A stretch of DNA of 64,000 bases, taken from IMG/VR virus record IMGVR_UViG_3300032240_001991, positions 1-64,000 of that record. The stretch is one strand, 5' to 3'. Numbering within the stretch: position 1 is the first letter of the stretch; each line of letters begins with the position of its first letter. The notes beneath the pieces were generated by a model. The model was not told where the DNA came from. It saw only the letters and a program-made list of their open reading frames with translations, and did not search any database. Below, in pieces: positions 29,380 through 38,921 of this stretch. The translations under genes were made by a program, and so were the position numbers.

Positions 29380-30844
29380 TTGTACTATAATCATACTTGA
29401 CGAAGTTAATGTTAAGATCACTAACTTAGATCTTGACACTCGTAAAGCATTGGTTAAAAAATTTAAACTAGAAGATCCTACCGCTCGATTTAGGCCTTCT
29501 TATAAATTAGGAAGATGGGATGGCTCTGTTAGTTTCTTTAATATTGGAGGAACTACATACTTCAATATGCTTGAAAAAATATTGGCAGAATTAGAAAATA
29601 GAAATTATGAAATCAATGTAGACGATCGTCGCAATAGTCCTCAATTAGAATTTGATAGAATTACTGAAGATTTTTGGGGTGAAAAATGTTGGCCAAAAGG
29701 TCATCGATTTGAAGGACACCCTATTAGATTGAGAGACGACCAAGTTGAAGTCGTTAACAACTTTCTTGCCAATCCACAAAGTTTGCAGGAAGTTGCTACC
29801 GGTGCTGGTAAAACTATTATGACTGCAACTTTATCAAAAATTTGCGAAAAATACGGAAGAACTATTACAATCGTACCTAATAAAAGCCTAGTTGAACAGA
29901 CAGAAGAAGACTTTATTAATGTAGGATTGGATGTAGGTGTTTACTACGGAAATAGAAAGGATCTTAATAAAACACATACTATTTGTACGTGGCAAAGCCT
30001 TAACATCTTAGATAAAAAATCATTTGATAATGATTCAGAAATTTTAACACTAGCAGAATTTCTAGAAGGCGTTGGCACAGTAATCGTTGACGAAGTACAT
30101 ATGGCTAAAGCTGATGTACTCAAGAAACTTTTAACAAATAATCTTGCAAATGCACCTATTCGTTGGGGACTAACTGGCACTATTCCAAAGGAAGAAATTA
30201 ATTTTGAAAACATTCGCGTATCGATTGGCGACGTAGTTGGTCGTGTTAGTGCACATGAATTACAACAAAAAGGAATACTTAGCCAGTGTCATGTGAATAT
30301 TATTCAGACAGGCGAATGGAAGGAATTTCGTAGCTATGCTGAAGAATTAAAGTATCTTGTAACAAATTCTGAAAGAATAGAGTTTGTTTCTAAGAAAATT
30401 TCGGCAATATCTAACACAGGTAATACACTTATTTTGGTTGATAGAATTGAGTGCGGTCAAATGCTAAAAGACAGTTTAACAAAACTTACAGGAAACGAAG
30501 TAGCATTTGTTTCTGGTGCAGTTAAAACTAAAGACCGTAAAGAAGAATACGACGAAGTATCAACTAGCTCTAATAAAATTATTGTAGCAACTTACGGCGT
30601 AGCTGCTGTTGGTATTAATATACCTCGTATTTTTAACCTTGTTCTCATTGAACCCGGAAAAAGCTTTGTTCGTGTTATACAAAGTATTGGGCGCGGAATA
30701 AGAAAAGCAGAAGATAAAGATTTTGTGCAAATTTGGGACATAACCGCAGCTTGTAAGTTTGCTAAACGACACTTAACTGAAAGAAAGAAATTTTATAAAG
30801 ACGCACAATATCCATTTACAATAGAAAAGGTACAATATCAATAA
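29372..30844 (+). CDS. uvsW: SF2 DNA helicase UvsW
   Basis: ATGAGKT, VDEVH, GLTGT, VGINIP and QSIGRGIR. Confidence 0.92.
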   Translation: MANCTIIILDEVNVKITNLDLDTRKALVKKFKLEDPTARFRPSYKLGRWDGSVSFFNIGGTTYFNMLEKILAELENRNYEINVDDRRNSPQLEFDRITEDFWGEKCWPKGHRFEGHPIRLRDDQVEVVNNFLANPQSLQEVATGAGKTIMTATLSKICEKYGRTITIVPNKSLVEQTEEDFINVGLDVGVYYGNRKDLNKTHTICTWQSLNILDKKSFDNDSEILTLAEFLEGVGTVIVDEVHMAKADVLKKLLTNNLANAPIRWGLTGTIPKEEINFENIRVSIGDVVGRVSAHELQQKGILSQCHVNIIQTGEWKEFRSYAEELKYLVTNSERIEFVSKKISAISNTGNTLILVDRIECGQMLKDSLTKLTGNEVAFVSGAVKTKDRKEEYDEVSTSSNKIIVATYGVAAVGINIPRIFNLVLIEPGKSFVRVIQSIGRGIRKAEDKDFVQIWDITAACKFAKRHLTERKKFYKDAQYPFTIEKVQYQ

Positions 30845-31347
30845 TGCAAATTTTAACTTTAGAAAATCAGACTTTTTATCTAAATGATCTACCAGAAGAG
30901 GTAGACGATGATATGAGATTTTCGGTATTAGATAATAGCGATCCGTCTAACACTGATTACTTTTTTATCCCTTTAATTTTTCTAGAAAGTTTTACAGCAC
31001 CTGCCGCTGTGCTACAAATTGGTTCTTATGAATTGACAATGCCGCTTGATTGGTGTGCATTGGTTGGGGATCCAGAGTGTTCAGAAATGGAAGTATTACC
31101 ATTAACTAGTTTAAATGATCGAGGATTTAAGGTTTTTTGTTTTAATCCTCTTTCATCTTTTAGACCGTCATTCTTAGACATTGATATTATTAATGTATAC
31201 CAAGAAGTTAAATGGTATTTTCCAAAGGTTAAACCTGGTCAATTACTAACTACTCCCTTACATAGCGGTCCTTCTCCAATCTGCACTTATTTTGTAAAAG
31301 AGATTAGCCGTCAAAGCGAGCTTGTTGATTATACTAAGTGTTGGTGA
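30844..31347 (+). CDS. Hypothetical protein
   Basis: 167-aa ORF coupled to uvsW. Confidence 0.65.
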   Translation: MQILTLENQTFYLNDLPEEVDDDMRFSVLDNSDPSNTDYFFIPLIFLESFTAPAAVLQIGSYELTMPLDWCALVGDPECSEMEVLPLTSLNDRGFKVFCFNPLSSFRPSFLDIDIINVYQEVKWYFPKVKPGQLLTTPLHSGPSPICTYFVKEISRQSELVDYTKCW

Positions 31348-31350
31348 TTT

Positions 31351-31596
31351 ATGGGGACATTAAATCCAGGAGCAACATACATATACGAAAACGACGGTAA
31401 CAGGATCTATGCTAGGGAAGCAGGATCATTGCATAGGGTATGTATTGGTGTAAATTTTATTGAAGCACAACGCTTTAAAGAAGAAATGAAGATTTGGGAA
31501 AAAATTATTGAAGATGCTAAAACAGATCCTACTTTACAAGAAGAGCTAGATCGTGTTAAAGTAACGTATTATCTGAGAAAAGAAAATGGCACTTGA
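31351..31596 (+). CDS. Hypothetical protein
   Basis: 81-aa ORF in the operon. Confidence 0.6.
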   Translation: MGTLNPGATYIYENDGNRIYAREAGSLHRVCIGVNFIEAQRFKEEMKIWEKIIEDAKTDPTLQEELDRVKVTYYLRKENGT

Positions 31597-32041
31597 TATT
31601 AAAAGAGAACTTGCTGCTGTAGATTTAAGAAACTATAATTTCTTTAATAGCCTTACAGACGAAGAAAAGAAATCCTTTAGTCCTTACGTATTGATGAGAT
31701 ATACTAGTAATGTTCAAGGAGATAGCGACATTCAAGAATGGTTCGTTGAAATGACTAACGAGTTAGTCAATAAAGACCATTGGACGTTAAGTAAAAACCA
31801 TAAAGGACTGTTATGGAAATTATTTGCTAGTACAGGAGCAGGAGTAAAATGTTTTCACCCTTATCTTGCTCAGGGTAAAAAAGCCAAAGTAGATAAGATA
31901 GAAAAACTTATAGCAGAACTTAACCCTGCTATGAAAATGAATGAAGTTAAGTTACTAGCTTCTATGATGACTAAGCAAGACATAAAGGAACTGTTTGATA
32001 ATTTAGGGTTTGATAAAAAGCAGAGAAAGGATTATGAATGA
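31586..32041 (+). CDS. Possible clamp-loader small subunit (gp62-like)
   Basis: FSPYVLMRY...EMTNE helical pattern; in the replication cluster. Confidence 0.4.
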   Translation: MALDIKRELAAVDLRNYNFFNSLTDEEKKSFSPYVLMRYTSNVQGDSDIQEWFVEMTNELVNKDHWTLSKNHKGLLWKLFASTGAGVKCFHPYLAQGKKAKVDKIEKLIAELNPAMKMNEVKLLASMMTKQDIKELFDNLGFDKKQRKDYE

Positions 32042-32234
32042 ACCGCAGGATGTCTGTGAATGTTACCAATGCATCTTAGATAATAATTTAACACAAAATG
32101 GATGGCCGCTATATTTGGTCAAATTTATCTTATGTACAGAATGTGGTAATAAACGTTGTCCAAAAGCAACAGATCATAGGCATAAGTGCACCGGAAGTAA
32201 CGAGACCGGCCAACCAGGAAGTCGATTTCAATGA
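32034..32234 (+). CDS. Small Cys-rich protein
   Basis: CECYQC...CTECGNKRCPKATDHRHKC. Confidence 0.55.
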   Translation: MNEPQDVCECYQCILDNNLTQNGWPLYLVKFILCTECGNKRCPKATDHRHKCTGSNETGQPGSRFQ

Positions 32235-32926
32235 TTGATTTAGTAGAACAACCGTTTAATTGCGTACATTGCGGAAAGAGTTTTATGAAAGAAAAAACTC
32301 TTGTGGCTCATATGTGCGAAAATAAAAGACGCGCTTTACAAAAGGATGAAAAGCGTGTTCAGGCTGGATTCATGGCCTACAATCGTTTCTATCAATTAAC
32401 ACAAAATGCTAAAAAAGCTAAGACTTATGACGATTTTTGTAAGAGTTCTTACTATAATGCATTTGTTAAGTTTGGTAGCTTTATTAATAACGTTAATCCA
32501 TTATACCCTGATAAGTTCATTGACTTTGTTATTAAAAGTGGTGTAAAATTGGACCATTGGTGTAGAGACGAACTTTACGAAAAGTATCTTTACGAAACAA
32601 TCAAAGTTGAACCGGTAGAATCTGCTGTGCAAAGAAGTCTGCAAACAATGATGGACTGGGGTGACATCAGTCAAGCACAGTTTAATCATTATTTTAGATA
32701 TGTAAATCATAATCGCGCTGTCCATGATATACTTAATGGAAAAATTAGTCCTTGGTTAATACTTAATACTAAGAGCGGCAAAGATATGGTATCAGGCTTC
32801 AACGACGAGCAGCTAAACTTAATTGCACCAGCATTTGATGTATCATATTGGCTTAAAAAATTTAAAGATCGAGTTGACGATGTTACGCTTGTCAAAGAAA
32901 TCTGTAAAGAAGCAGGCATCAAATGA
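32231..32926 (+). CDS. Hypothetical protein with N-terminal C2H2-like zinc finger
   Basis: CVHCGKSF...LVAHMC. Confidence 0.6.
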   Translation: MIDLVEQPFNCVHCGKSFMKEKTLVAHMCENKRRALQKDEKRVQAGFMAYNRFYQLTQNAKKAKTYDDFCKSSYYNAFVKFGSFINNVNPLYPDKFIDFVIKSGVKLDHWCRDELYEKYLYETIKVEPVESAVQRSLQTMMDWGDISQAQFNHYFRYVNHNRAVHDILNGKISPWLILNTKSGKDMVSGFNDEQLNLIAPAFDVSYWLKKFKDRVDDVTLVKEICKEAGIK

Positions 32927-33519
32927 CTAAAGTAAGTTGTGACGTTGACATTGATTTTGCAAATCGAGATGATATTTTAAATAAATTACAATATATATCA
33001 GCATATCGTGTTGAAAGAGGCGAAGGAAAACGGCATAATACTGGCGTATATATGCACAAAATTCCTTTTAATCCAATAACTAATACCGCAAGCATTGAAT
33101 ACGAAGAAGCAGAAGGCCGCGGTTATTTTAAGTTTGATTTTTTAAATGTTAGCATTTATAAAGACATAAAAAACGAAGAACATTTAATTGAGTTAATGAA
33201 TAAGGAGCCATTATGGGAACTTTTACTTCAAGAGGAATTTGTAAATCTGTTATTTCATTTAAAGGGCCACTCGGCGGTTCTGAAGAAAAATTGCCCCACT
33301 TCAGTGGAACAATTAGCTGCGGTCCTAGCGATGATACGCCCCGCGAAACGTTATCTGATTGGGAAAGATTGGACGACGATTATGAAGGAGATTTGGGAGA
33401 AACCTGAGCATAACGAGTATTACTTTAAACGTGCACACGCTATTAGCTATGCATTTCTTGTAGTAGTGCACATGAACTTATTATGCGAAAATTTTGAAAA
33501 AGTTACTTCAGTCTCTTAA
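32923..33519 (+). CDS. Minimal DnaE (DNA polymerase III alpha)-like palm-domain protein
   Basis: CDVDIDF, RHNTGVY, KFDFLNV, LAMIRPA and FKRAHAISYA match DnaE motifs in order within 198 aa. Confidence 0.75.
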   Translation: MTKVSCDVDIDFANRDDILNKLQYISAYRVERGEGKRHNTGVYMHKIPFNPITNTASIEYEEAEGRGYFKFDFLNVSIYKDIKNEEHLIELMNKEPLWELLLQEEFVNLLFHLKGHSAVLKKNCPTSVEQLAAVLAMIRPAKRYLIGKDWTTIMKEIWEKPEHNEYYFKRAHAISYAFLVVVHMNLLCENFEKVTSVS

Positions 33520-33883
33520 CTGTACGTACTAGCTGAATTGATTTTCTTTTAACTCTTTTTTCAGCTAGTTCACTTAAATTAACAACAGGCCCAAATATTA
33601 ATTTAACATCTTTAGAATTAAATGTTTTGATATAATCTCTAAATAATATCATATCTTTTTTAAGGAAAATATTAATAGGAATTTTTCTATTACTTTCCCA
33701 CCACCAAATATCACCTAACTCTAAGAATTTCTGACGTTCGTCGTCTGATTTAATACAGGAAAAGTCGTAGATACTCGTTACATAGGAATCAAAATTGAGA
33801 ATGATTCCCACGTATTCAACATCGCTTGATTTGATGCATGTTATGAATGGAAAATTCTTTTGAATGTTGTCTTTAGTAGTCAT
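33503..33883 (-). CDS. Hypothetical protein
   Basis: 126-aa ORF convergent with the mini-DnaE gene. Confidence 0.6.
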   Translation of the reverse strand: MTTKDNIQKNFPFITCIKSSDVEYVGIILNFDSYVTSIYDFSCIKSDDERQKFLELGDIWWWESNRKIPINIFLKKDMILFRDYIKTFNSKDVKLIFGPVVNLSELAEKRVKRKSIQLVRTVKRLK

Positions 33884-33905
33884 TAATTATAAAATAAATA
33901 CACAC

Positions 33906-34751
33906 ATGAAATTACCAGTTTATTTATACCCCAATACGTTTGAAATAGTATTGGATTTGGATAACAATAACAGGATTTACCAAGTTATGTATCAAAAAAA
34001 CCTTAAGGTTCAAAAAGGCGTCAAAAATACTATTCAGCTTCAATTTAAAAACAGCGATCAAAAATTTTTAAATGTTTCTTCAAGCACCTTTGTGTTTGTT
34101 TTATTTGATGCAGACGATCAACGAAATTTAATACAAAAACCTGTAACAATTTTAGATGTAGGGTCTACCTCAACAGTTTATCCAACTAAAGGACTAGGAC
34201 AAGTAGTATTAACTGAAAGCGATTTACAGGCCTGTGAAAGCACTTTTTATAAAATTGGCATTAAGGCTTTAGATTCTAGCGGCAGTTTTGTTCCTGCATA
34301 TGCTAATACCTATTACGATGTTGCAGGCACATTAGAAGTAAGACACGATTTATATCCAACACTTTTACCAAGTCAAGATATAACACATTTCCTTCCTTAC
34401 TATAACGCAAATGTTGGTGCACAGCAGTACGAATATTACAGTGGTAATTTAGATGCAGCTCCGCAATTTAAATCGAATGTGGCATTACATACTGTAGCGG
34501 TATACATGACAGATTATAAGGGACATGTCTTAATTGAAGGTACTTTAGAAAACGATCCTGCAACTTTTGGCAACTATGCTCTAATTAGCAATAAATCCTA
34601 TGACGGCTTTAGTGGCATTGATTACACTAATTTTAATGGTATTTTTTCAAAAGTTCGAATTCGTTACATACCTGCTAAAAATCCAGTGACTCAACAAAAC
34701 AACGACACTGCGTATGCAGGAACAGTTGACAGGGCGTTATATAGAAGTTAA
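33906..34751 (+). CDS. Hypothetical (probably structural, late) protein
   Basis: ATAAATA directly upstream of MKLPVYL; beta-rich composition. Confidence 0.6.
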   Translation: MKLPVYLYPNTFEIVLDLDNNNRIYQVMYQKNLKVQKGVKNTIQLQFKNSDQKFLNVSSSTFVFVLFDADDQRNLIQKPVTILDVGSTSTVYPTKGLGQVVLTESDLQACESTFYKIGIKALDSSGSFVPAYANTYYDVAGTLEVRHDLYPTLLPSQDITHFLPYYNANVGAQQYEYYSGNLDAAPQFKSNVALHTVAVYMTDYKGHVLIEGTLENDPATFGNYALISNKSYDGFSGIDYTNFNGIFSKVRIRYIPAKNPVTQQNNDTAYAGTVDRALYRS

Positions 34752-34760
34752 AATTTCTGT

Positions 34761-35756
34761 ATGAACCTTATACAGGGTACCGTACAGTCATTTTTACCTT
34801 CAAGAAGAAAAACAACCTCAGGCGGTTGGATTTCTTTTAATGCTCCCTGTTGTCAACATCGAGGCGAAAATCAGGATAAAAAAAGCCGAGGTGGAATTAT
34901 TTTTGAAAAAGACGGCTTTGTATATAATTGTTTTAATTGCGGTTATAAAGCAGGATGGGTACCTGGTAAAAATCTTTCAAAGAATGCTAAAGAGTTGATG
35001 CGTTGGCTAGGAATGCCAGACACTGAAATTAACAAACTTTCTTTAGAAGCGTTAAAAGAAAAAGATGCTATCCCAGTAGCTAAAAAAGAGCTTGTATTTG
35101 ATTTACAAGACGAAGATCTTCCAGATAATTGCATTAGTGTATCTGAATGGATTGCACATGGATGCGAAGATTCTTACATGCTAGATTGTATTGAGTATAT
35201 AATAAGCAGAGGATTAAGTTTAGACGACTATAATTGGCATTGGTCTCCAGAACTTGGTTATCGAGATAGAATCATTTTACCATTTTATTATCAAAATAGA
35301 ATAGTAGGTTGGACAGGAAGAAAAATTAATGACGGAAAACCTAAGTATTTGACAAAAACTCAGGCAGGCTACGTTTTTAATTTAGACGCACAAGTCTATG
35401 AGAGAAAGTTTGTTGTAGTTGTTGAAGGCCAGTTTGATGCTATTGCCATCGATGGCGTTGCTATTATGCATAATGAACCAAATGAAGTTCAATGTGCAAG
35501 AATTAATGGTCTAGAAAAGGAAGTGATTGTAGTTCCAGACAGAGATCGAGCAGGTGCAAAGTTGTTAAAATCGGCACTTGAACACGGATGGAGTGTAAGT
35601 TTACCTCCGTGGGGAGATCATATTAAAGACGTTGCGGATGCAGTTAAAGAATACGGTAAAATTTATGTATTAGCCGCAATTTTACACTATAGAGAGCACA
35701 ATAGGATAAAAATAGAACTAATGAAAAAGAAGCTGGAGAAATTAAATGTCAAATAA
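34761..35756 (+). CDS. gp61: DNA primase (zinc-binding + TOPRIM)
   Basis: CCQH...CFNCG zinc site; VVEGQFDA and PDRDRAG TOPRIM motifs. Confidence 0.85.
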   Translation: MNLIQGTVQSFLPSRRKTTSGGWISFNAPCCQHRGENQDKKSRGGIIFEKDGFVYNCFNCGYKAGWVPGKNLSKNAKELMRWLGMPDTEINKLSLEALKEKDAIPVAKKELVFDLQDEDLPDNCISVSEWIAHGCEDSYMLDCIEYIISRGLSLDDYNWHWSPELGYRDRIILPFYYQNRIVGWTGRKINDGKPKYLTKTQAGYVFNLDAQVYERKFVVVVEGQFDAIAIDGVAIMHNEPNEVQCARINGLEKEVIVVPDRDRAGAKLLKSALEHGWSVSLPPWGDHIKDVADAVKEYGKIYVLAAILHYREHNRIKIELMKKKLEKLNVK

Positions 35757-37191
35757 AACAGATTACAGTTATGAGATTCAAAAAATCTACTTGGAAATGT
35801 TTTTAAGCGACGCTGAGACATTTATTCGATGCCAAAATATCTTTAATCCTGAGAATTTTGACCAAAAATTACGTAATGCGGCAGAATTCCTGACAACGTA
35901 TGTTGACAAATATAAAGTTATGCCTGAAGCTAATATTGTAAATGCTCAATGTAGAACACAGCTAGAGCCGGTATCAGTAGCTAAAGAAAACTATGTCTGG
36001 TTAATGGACGATTTTGAAAGATTTAGCCGACATAAATCGCTAGAACGTGCAATTATTACTAGCAGCGACCTGCTTGAAGCGGGAGACTATGGCCCTGTTG
36101 AAAAATTAATTAAAGAGGCTATTGCGATTAGTTTACAGAAAGACATGGGCACAGACTACTGGGAAGATCCTCGAGCTCGATTGATGAAATTAAAGGAAAA
36201 TAACGGCCAAATTAGCACTGGATGGCCTAGTGTTGATAAAAAACTATACGGCGGGTTTAAGCGGGGAGAACTTGACATTTGGTGCGCAGGATCAGGTGGT
36301 GGTAAGAGTTTATTCTTGGCTAACCTTGGTGTAAATTTTGCGCTTGCTGGATTAAATGTTATCTATTTTACGTTTGAATTAAGTGAAGAACTTGTGGGTA
36401 TGCGTATTGATAGTATGGTCACGGGCATCTCAACTAGAGAAGTGTTTAAGAATCTAGATGACGTTGAAATGAAGGTTAAGATGATAGGGAAGAAGTCTGG
36501 TAGTATACAGATAAAATACCTTCCTTCTGGCAAAAATTGTAATGATTTGAGGTCATTTTTGAAGGAATATCAGGTCAAAACTGGCAAAAAAGCTGACATT
36601 TTATTAGTGGACTACTTAGACCTTATGTTGCCTCTTAGTATTAAGATTAGTCCTGCTGATCTTTATGTGAAAGACAAATACGTTAGTGAAGAATTGCGTA
36701 ATTTAGCCATGGAAACGCAGACCGTTGTAGTAACTGCAAGTCAGTTAAACCGTTCTGCTGTTGAAGAAATTGAGTTTGACCATAGTCATATTTCAGGCGG
36801 ATTGAGTAAGATTCAAACAGCAGATAATGTCATAGGAATCTTTACAAGTCGCGCGATGAAGGAACGAGGCCGCTATCAAATTCAGTTTATGAAAACACGT
36901 AGTAGTAGCGGTGTTGGACAAAAAGTTGACCTAGAATTTAATGTTGACACACTGAGAATTAACGACCTTGGAGAAGAGGAAGAATCTAGCTTTAATCAGC
37001 AACGAGCCAATTCTTCTACTAGTAATATCGTAAATCAGTTTAAAAAAACCAGCACTATTAAAGAACCTGAACCAGACGAAAATCGTAACGTAGATCCTGC
37101 AGTTGGCGTGCCGGTTGGTAAAGTTAAAGCTACGTCTGATAGCTCTCGTATACGAGCAATGTTGGCTAATCTTAATAGTGAAAAGGATTAA
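35746..37191 (+). CDS. gp41: DnaB-like replicative helicase
   Basis: AGSGGGKS, FTFELSE, LVDYLDL, TASQLNR and QFMKTR. Confidence 0.92.
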   Translation: MSNKTDYSYEIQKIYLEMFLSDAETFIRCQNIFNPENFDQKLRNAAEFLTTYVDKYKVMPEANIVNAQCRTQLEPVSVAKENYVWLMDDFERFSRHKSLERAIITSSDLLEAGDYGPVEKLIKEAIAISLQKDMGTDYWEDPRARLMKLKENNGQISTGWPSVDKKLYGGFKRGELDIWCAGSGGGKSLFLANLGVNFALAGLNVIYFTFELSEELVGMRIDSMVTGISTREVFKNLDDVEMKVKMIGKKSGSIQIKYLPSGKNCNDLRSFLKEYQVKTGKKADILLVDYLDLMLPLSIKISPADLYVKDKYVSEELRNLAMETQTVVVTASQLNRSAVEEIEFDHSHISGGLSKIQTADNVIGIFTSRAMKERGRYQIQFMKTRSSSGVGQKVDLEFNVDTLRINDLGEEEESSFNQQRANSSTSNIVNQFKKTSTIKEPEPDENRNVDPAVGVPVGKVKATSDSSRIRAMLANLNSEKD

Positions 37192-37200
37192 ATATATGAT

Positions 37201-37884
37201 ATGCCAAAGTATACTGCACCAATTGGAATTCACGATACCTTAAATCCTAAAATATGGGACGGAGAAAGCCTCCGTCCTGAAGTTAAGAAATCTCTATTAA
37301 GAATTGCAAAAGAATTTTACAAATTTCTTAAAGTTTCTTCTCCTGTTCAGGATGTATTGTTAACTGGAAGTCAGGCCAATTACAACTATTCAAGAAACTC
37401 TGATATTGATTTGCACTTAGTTTTTGATTTTGAAAATATTGCTTGCGACGAGCCTATAAGCGAGTTGTTTGACACTAAAAGAAAGCTATGGAAAGAAAAA
37501 CATGACATCGACATCTACGGAATCCCTGTAGAAGTCTACGGCGAAGATTCAAATAATCCGTCTGTAAGTTCTGCTTATAGTCTTATTAAAGATGCATGGG
37601 TAAGAAACCCAAGTGATCCTGTAATTTCTTATAATAAAGATCGGGTAGAATACCTAACAGCTTTATGGATTAAGCTTATGGAAATATCCATTGAAAGCAA
37701 AAATCTAAAGATTTGTAATATAGTGCAACAGCTATTAGCAGACTATAGAAAAATGGGTTTGAAGGTCTACGGAGAATTTGGAGTACCAAATTTAGTATAC
37801 AAAAGTTTAAGAAATATTGGTATTATTAAACACATGAGCGATACAATTATTATGCTCACAGATGACGATTTAAGCCTTGACTAA
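37201..37884 (+). CDS. DNA polymerase beta-superfamily nucleotidyltransferase
   Basis: LTGSQANYNY...SDIDLHLV (GS + DxD) and VEVYGED. Confidence 0.75.
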   Translation: MPKYTAPIGIHDTLNPKIWDGESLRPEVKKSLLRIAKEFYKFLKVSSPVQDVLLTGSQANYNYSRNSDIDLHLVFDFENIACDEPISELFDTKRKLWKEKHDIDIYGIPVEVYGEDSNNPSVSSAYSLIKDAWVRNPSDPVISYNKDRVEYLTALWIKLMEISIESKNLKICNIVQQLLADYRKMGLKVYGEFGVPNLVYKSLRNIGIIKHMSDTIIMLTDDDLSLD

Positions 37885-37912
37885 CTGCTATTAAGATTAT
37901 ATATTACAGGTT

Positions 37913-38431
37913 ATGAAACACACAATTTATTTAGATATGGACGGCGTTGTAGCTGACTGGAACGCAGGCGTTCGAGATATTTTAGGTTATACTAAAGAAG
38001 ATCCAAACGCACACTATCCTGACGAAGACTGGAACAGAATCAAAACTAATGAACGCATGTATCGTGACCTTCCGGTTATGAAAAATGCTCAAGATTTGGT
38101 TAATATTGCAAGGCAGTTTCGAGACCGTTTAGGATGGAGATTGCTTTTTCTAACCGCGGTTCCTAAGGGTAATGACGTTCCTTGGGCATTCTGGGATAAG
38201 TGCAATTGGGCACAGAAAAATTTTCCTGATGTACCGGTACACTTTGGACCTTTTGCAAAAGATAAGCAGGTACATGCTGTAGAAGGGGATATCTTAGTTG
38301 ATGATCGTCGTAGCAATGTTGAACAGTGGCGTAGCAAGGGCGGAGTTGGAATCGAGGTCACTGAAGGTGATCTAGGCGCTGCTATTATTAAACTAAGATT
38401 ACTGTTTGATCAGAAGTTATCAGGGCGATAA
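37913..38431 (+). CDS. 5'(3')-deoxyribonucleotidase, HAD family
   Basis: IYLDMDGVVADW, FLTAVP and ILVDDR.SN..QW...GG.GI. Confidence 0.85.
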   Translation: MKHTIYLDMDGVVADWNAGVRDILGYTKEDPNAHYPDEDWNRIKTNERMYRDLPVMKNAQDLVNIARQFRDRLGWRLLFLTAVPKGNDVPWAFWDKCNWAQKNFPDVPVHFGPFAKDKQVHAVEGDILVDDRRSNVEQWRSKGGVGIEVTEGDLGAAIIKLRLLFDQKLSGR

Positions 38432-38625
38432 TCATTCATTTTTTCAATAGTGGCAATTAATTTGTCCTGGTTGGGAAATAAGCTCATTCCTCTATCTCCT
38501 AGGGGACTCTGCCATTTTAAAAACCACACATCGTTAATTTCTGCTACCATAAAAACCCAACCAAATCTATTACCTATAGGACCTAAGGTATAGAACAGTA
38601 TTGGTTTAAAATCATGATCTAACAT
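38410..38625 (-). CDS. Hypothetical protein
   Basis: 71-aa ORF filling the gap between genes. Confidence 0.4.
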   Translation of the reverse strand: MLDHDFKPILFYTLGPIGNRFGWVFMVAEINDVWFLKWQSPLGDRGMSLFPNQDKLIATIEKMNDYRPDNF

Positions 38626-38702
38626 CGCTATGATATTTAGTTTTTTTGGAGTTAGATTAAGGTATAAATTACATAAATAATTAAAATACGAGGTATTTAG
38701 AT

Positions 38703-38918
38703 ATGAGAGCTAAGGACTTTAGCAAAGGTAAAGGATCATCTACTAAACAAGTTAGTACTGCTCCAATTCCAGTTCAAAGGGTTGAAATCCCGTCAGTAGC
38801 AGCAAATCCGTCAAGTAATAATCAGGAACCTATTTTTGGTGTTGATGATAATGATTGGGTTGATGGGTTAAAAGAAACAAATTACTCTGCGTATCTAAAT
38901 TTACGAAACTGGGATTAA
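38703..38918 (+). CDS. Small late protein preceding the AAA gene (same frame)
   Basis: CATAAATA promoter and GAGG SD; MRAKDF N-terminus. Confidence 0.55.
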   Translation: MRAKDFSKGKGSSTKQVSTAPIPVQRVEIPSVAANPSSNNQEPIFGVDDNDWVDGLKETNYSAYLNLRNWD

Positions 38919-38921
38919 AAA

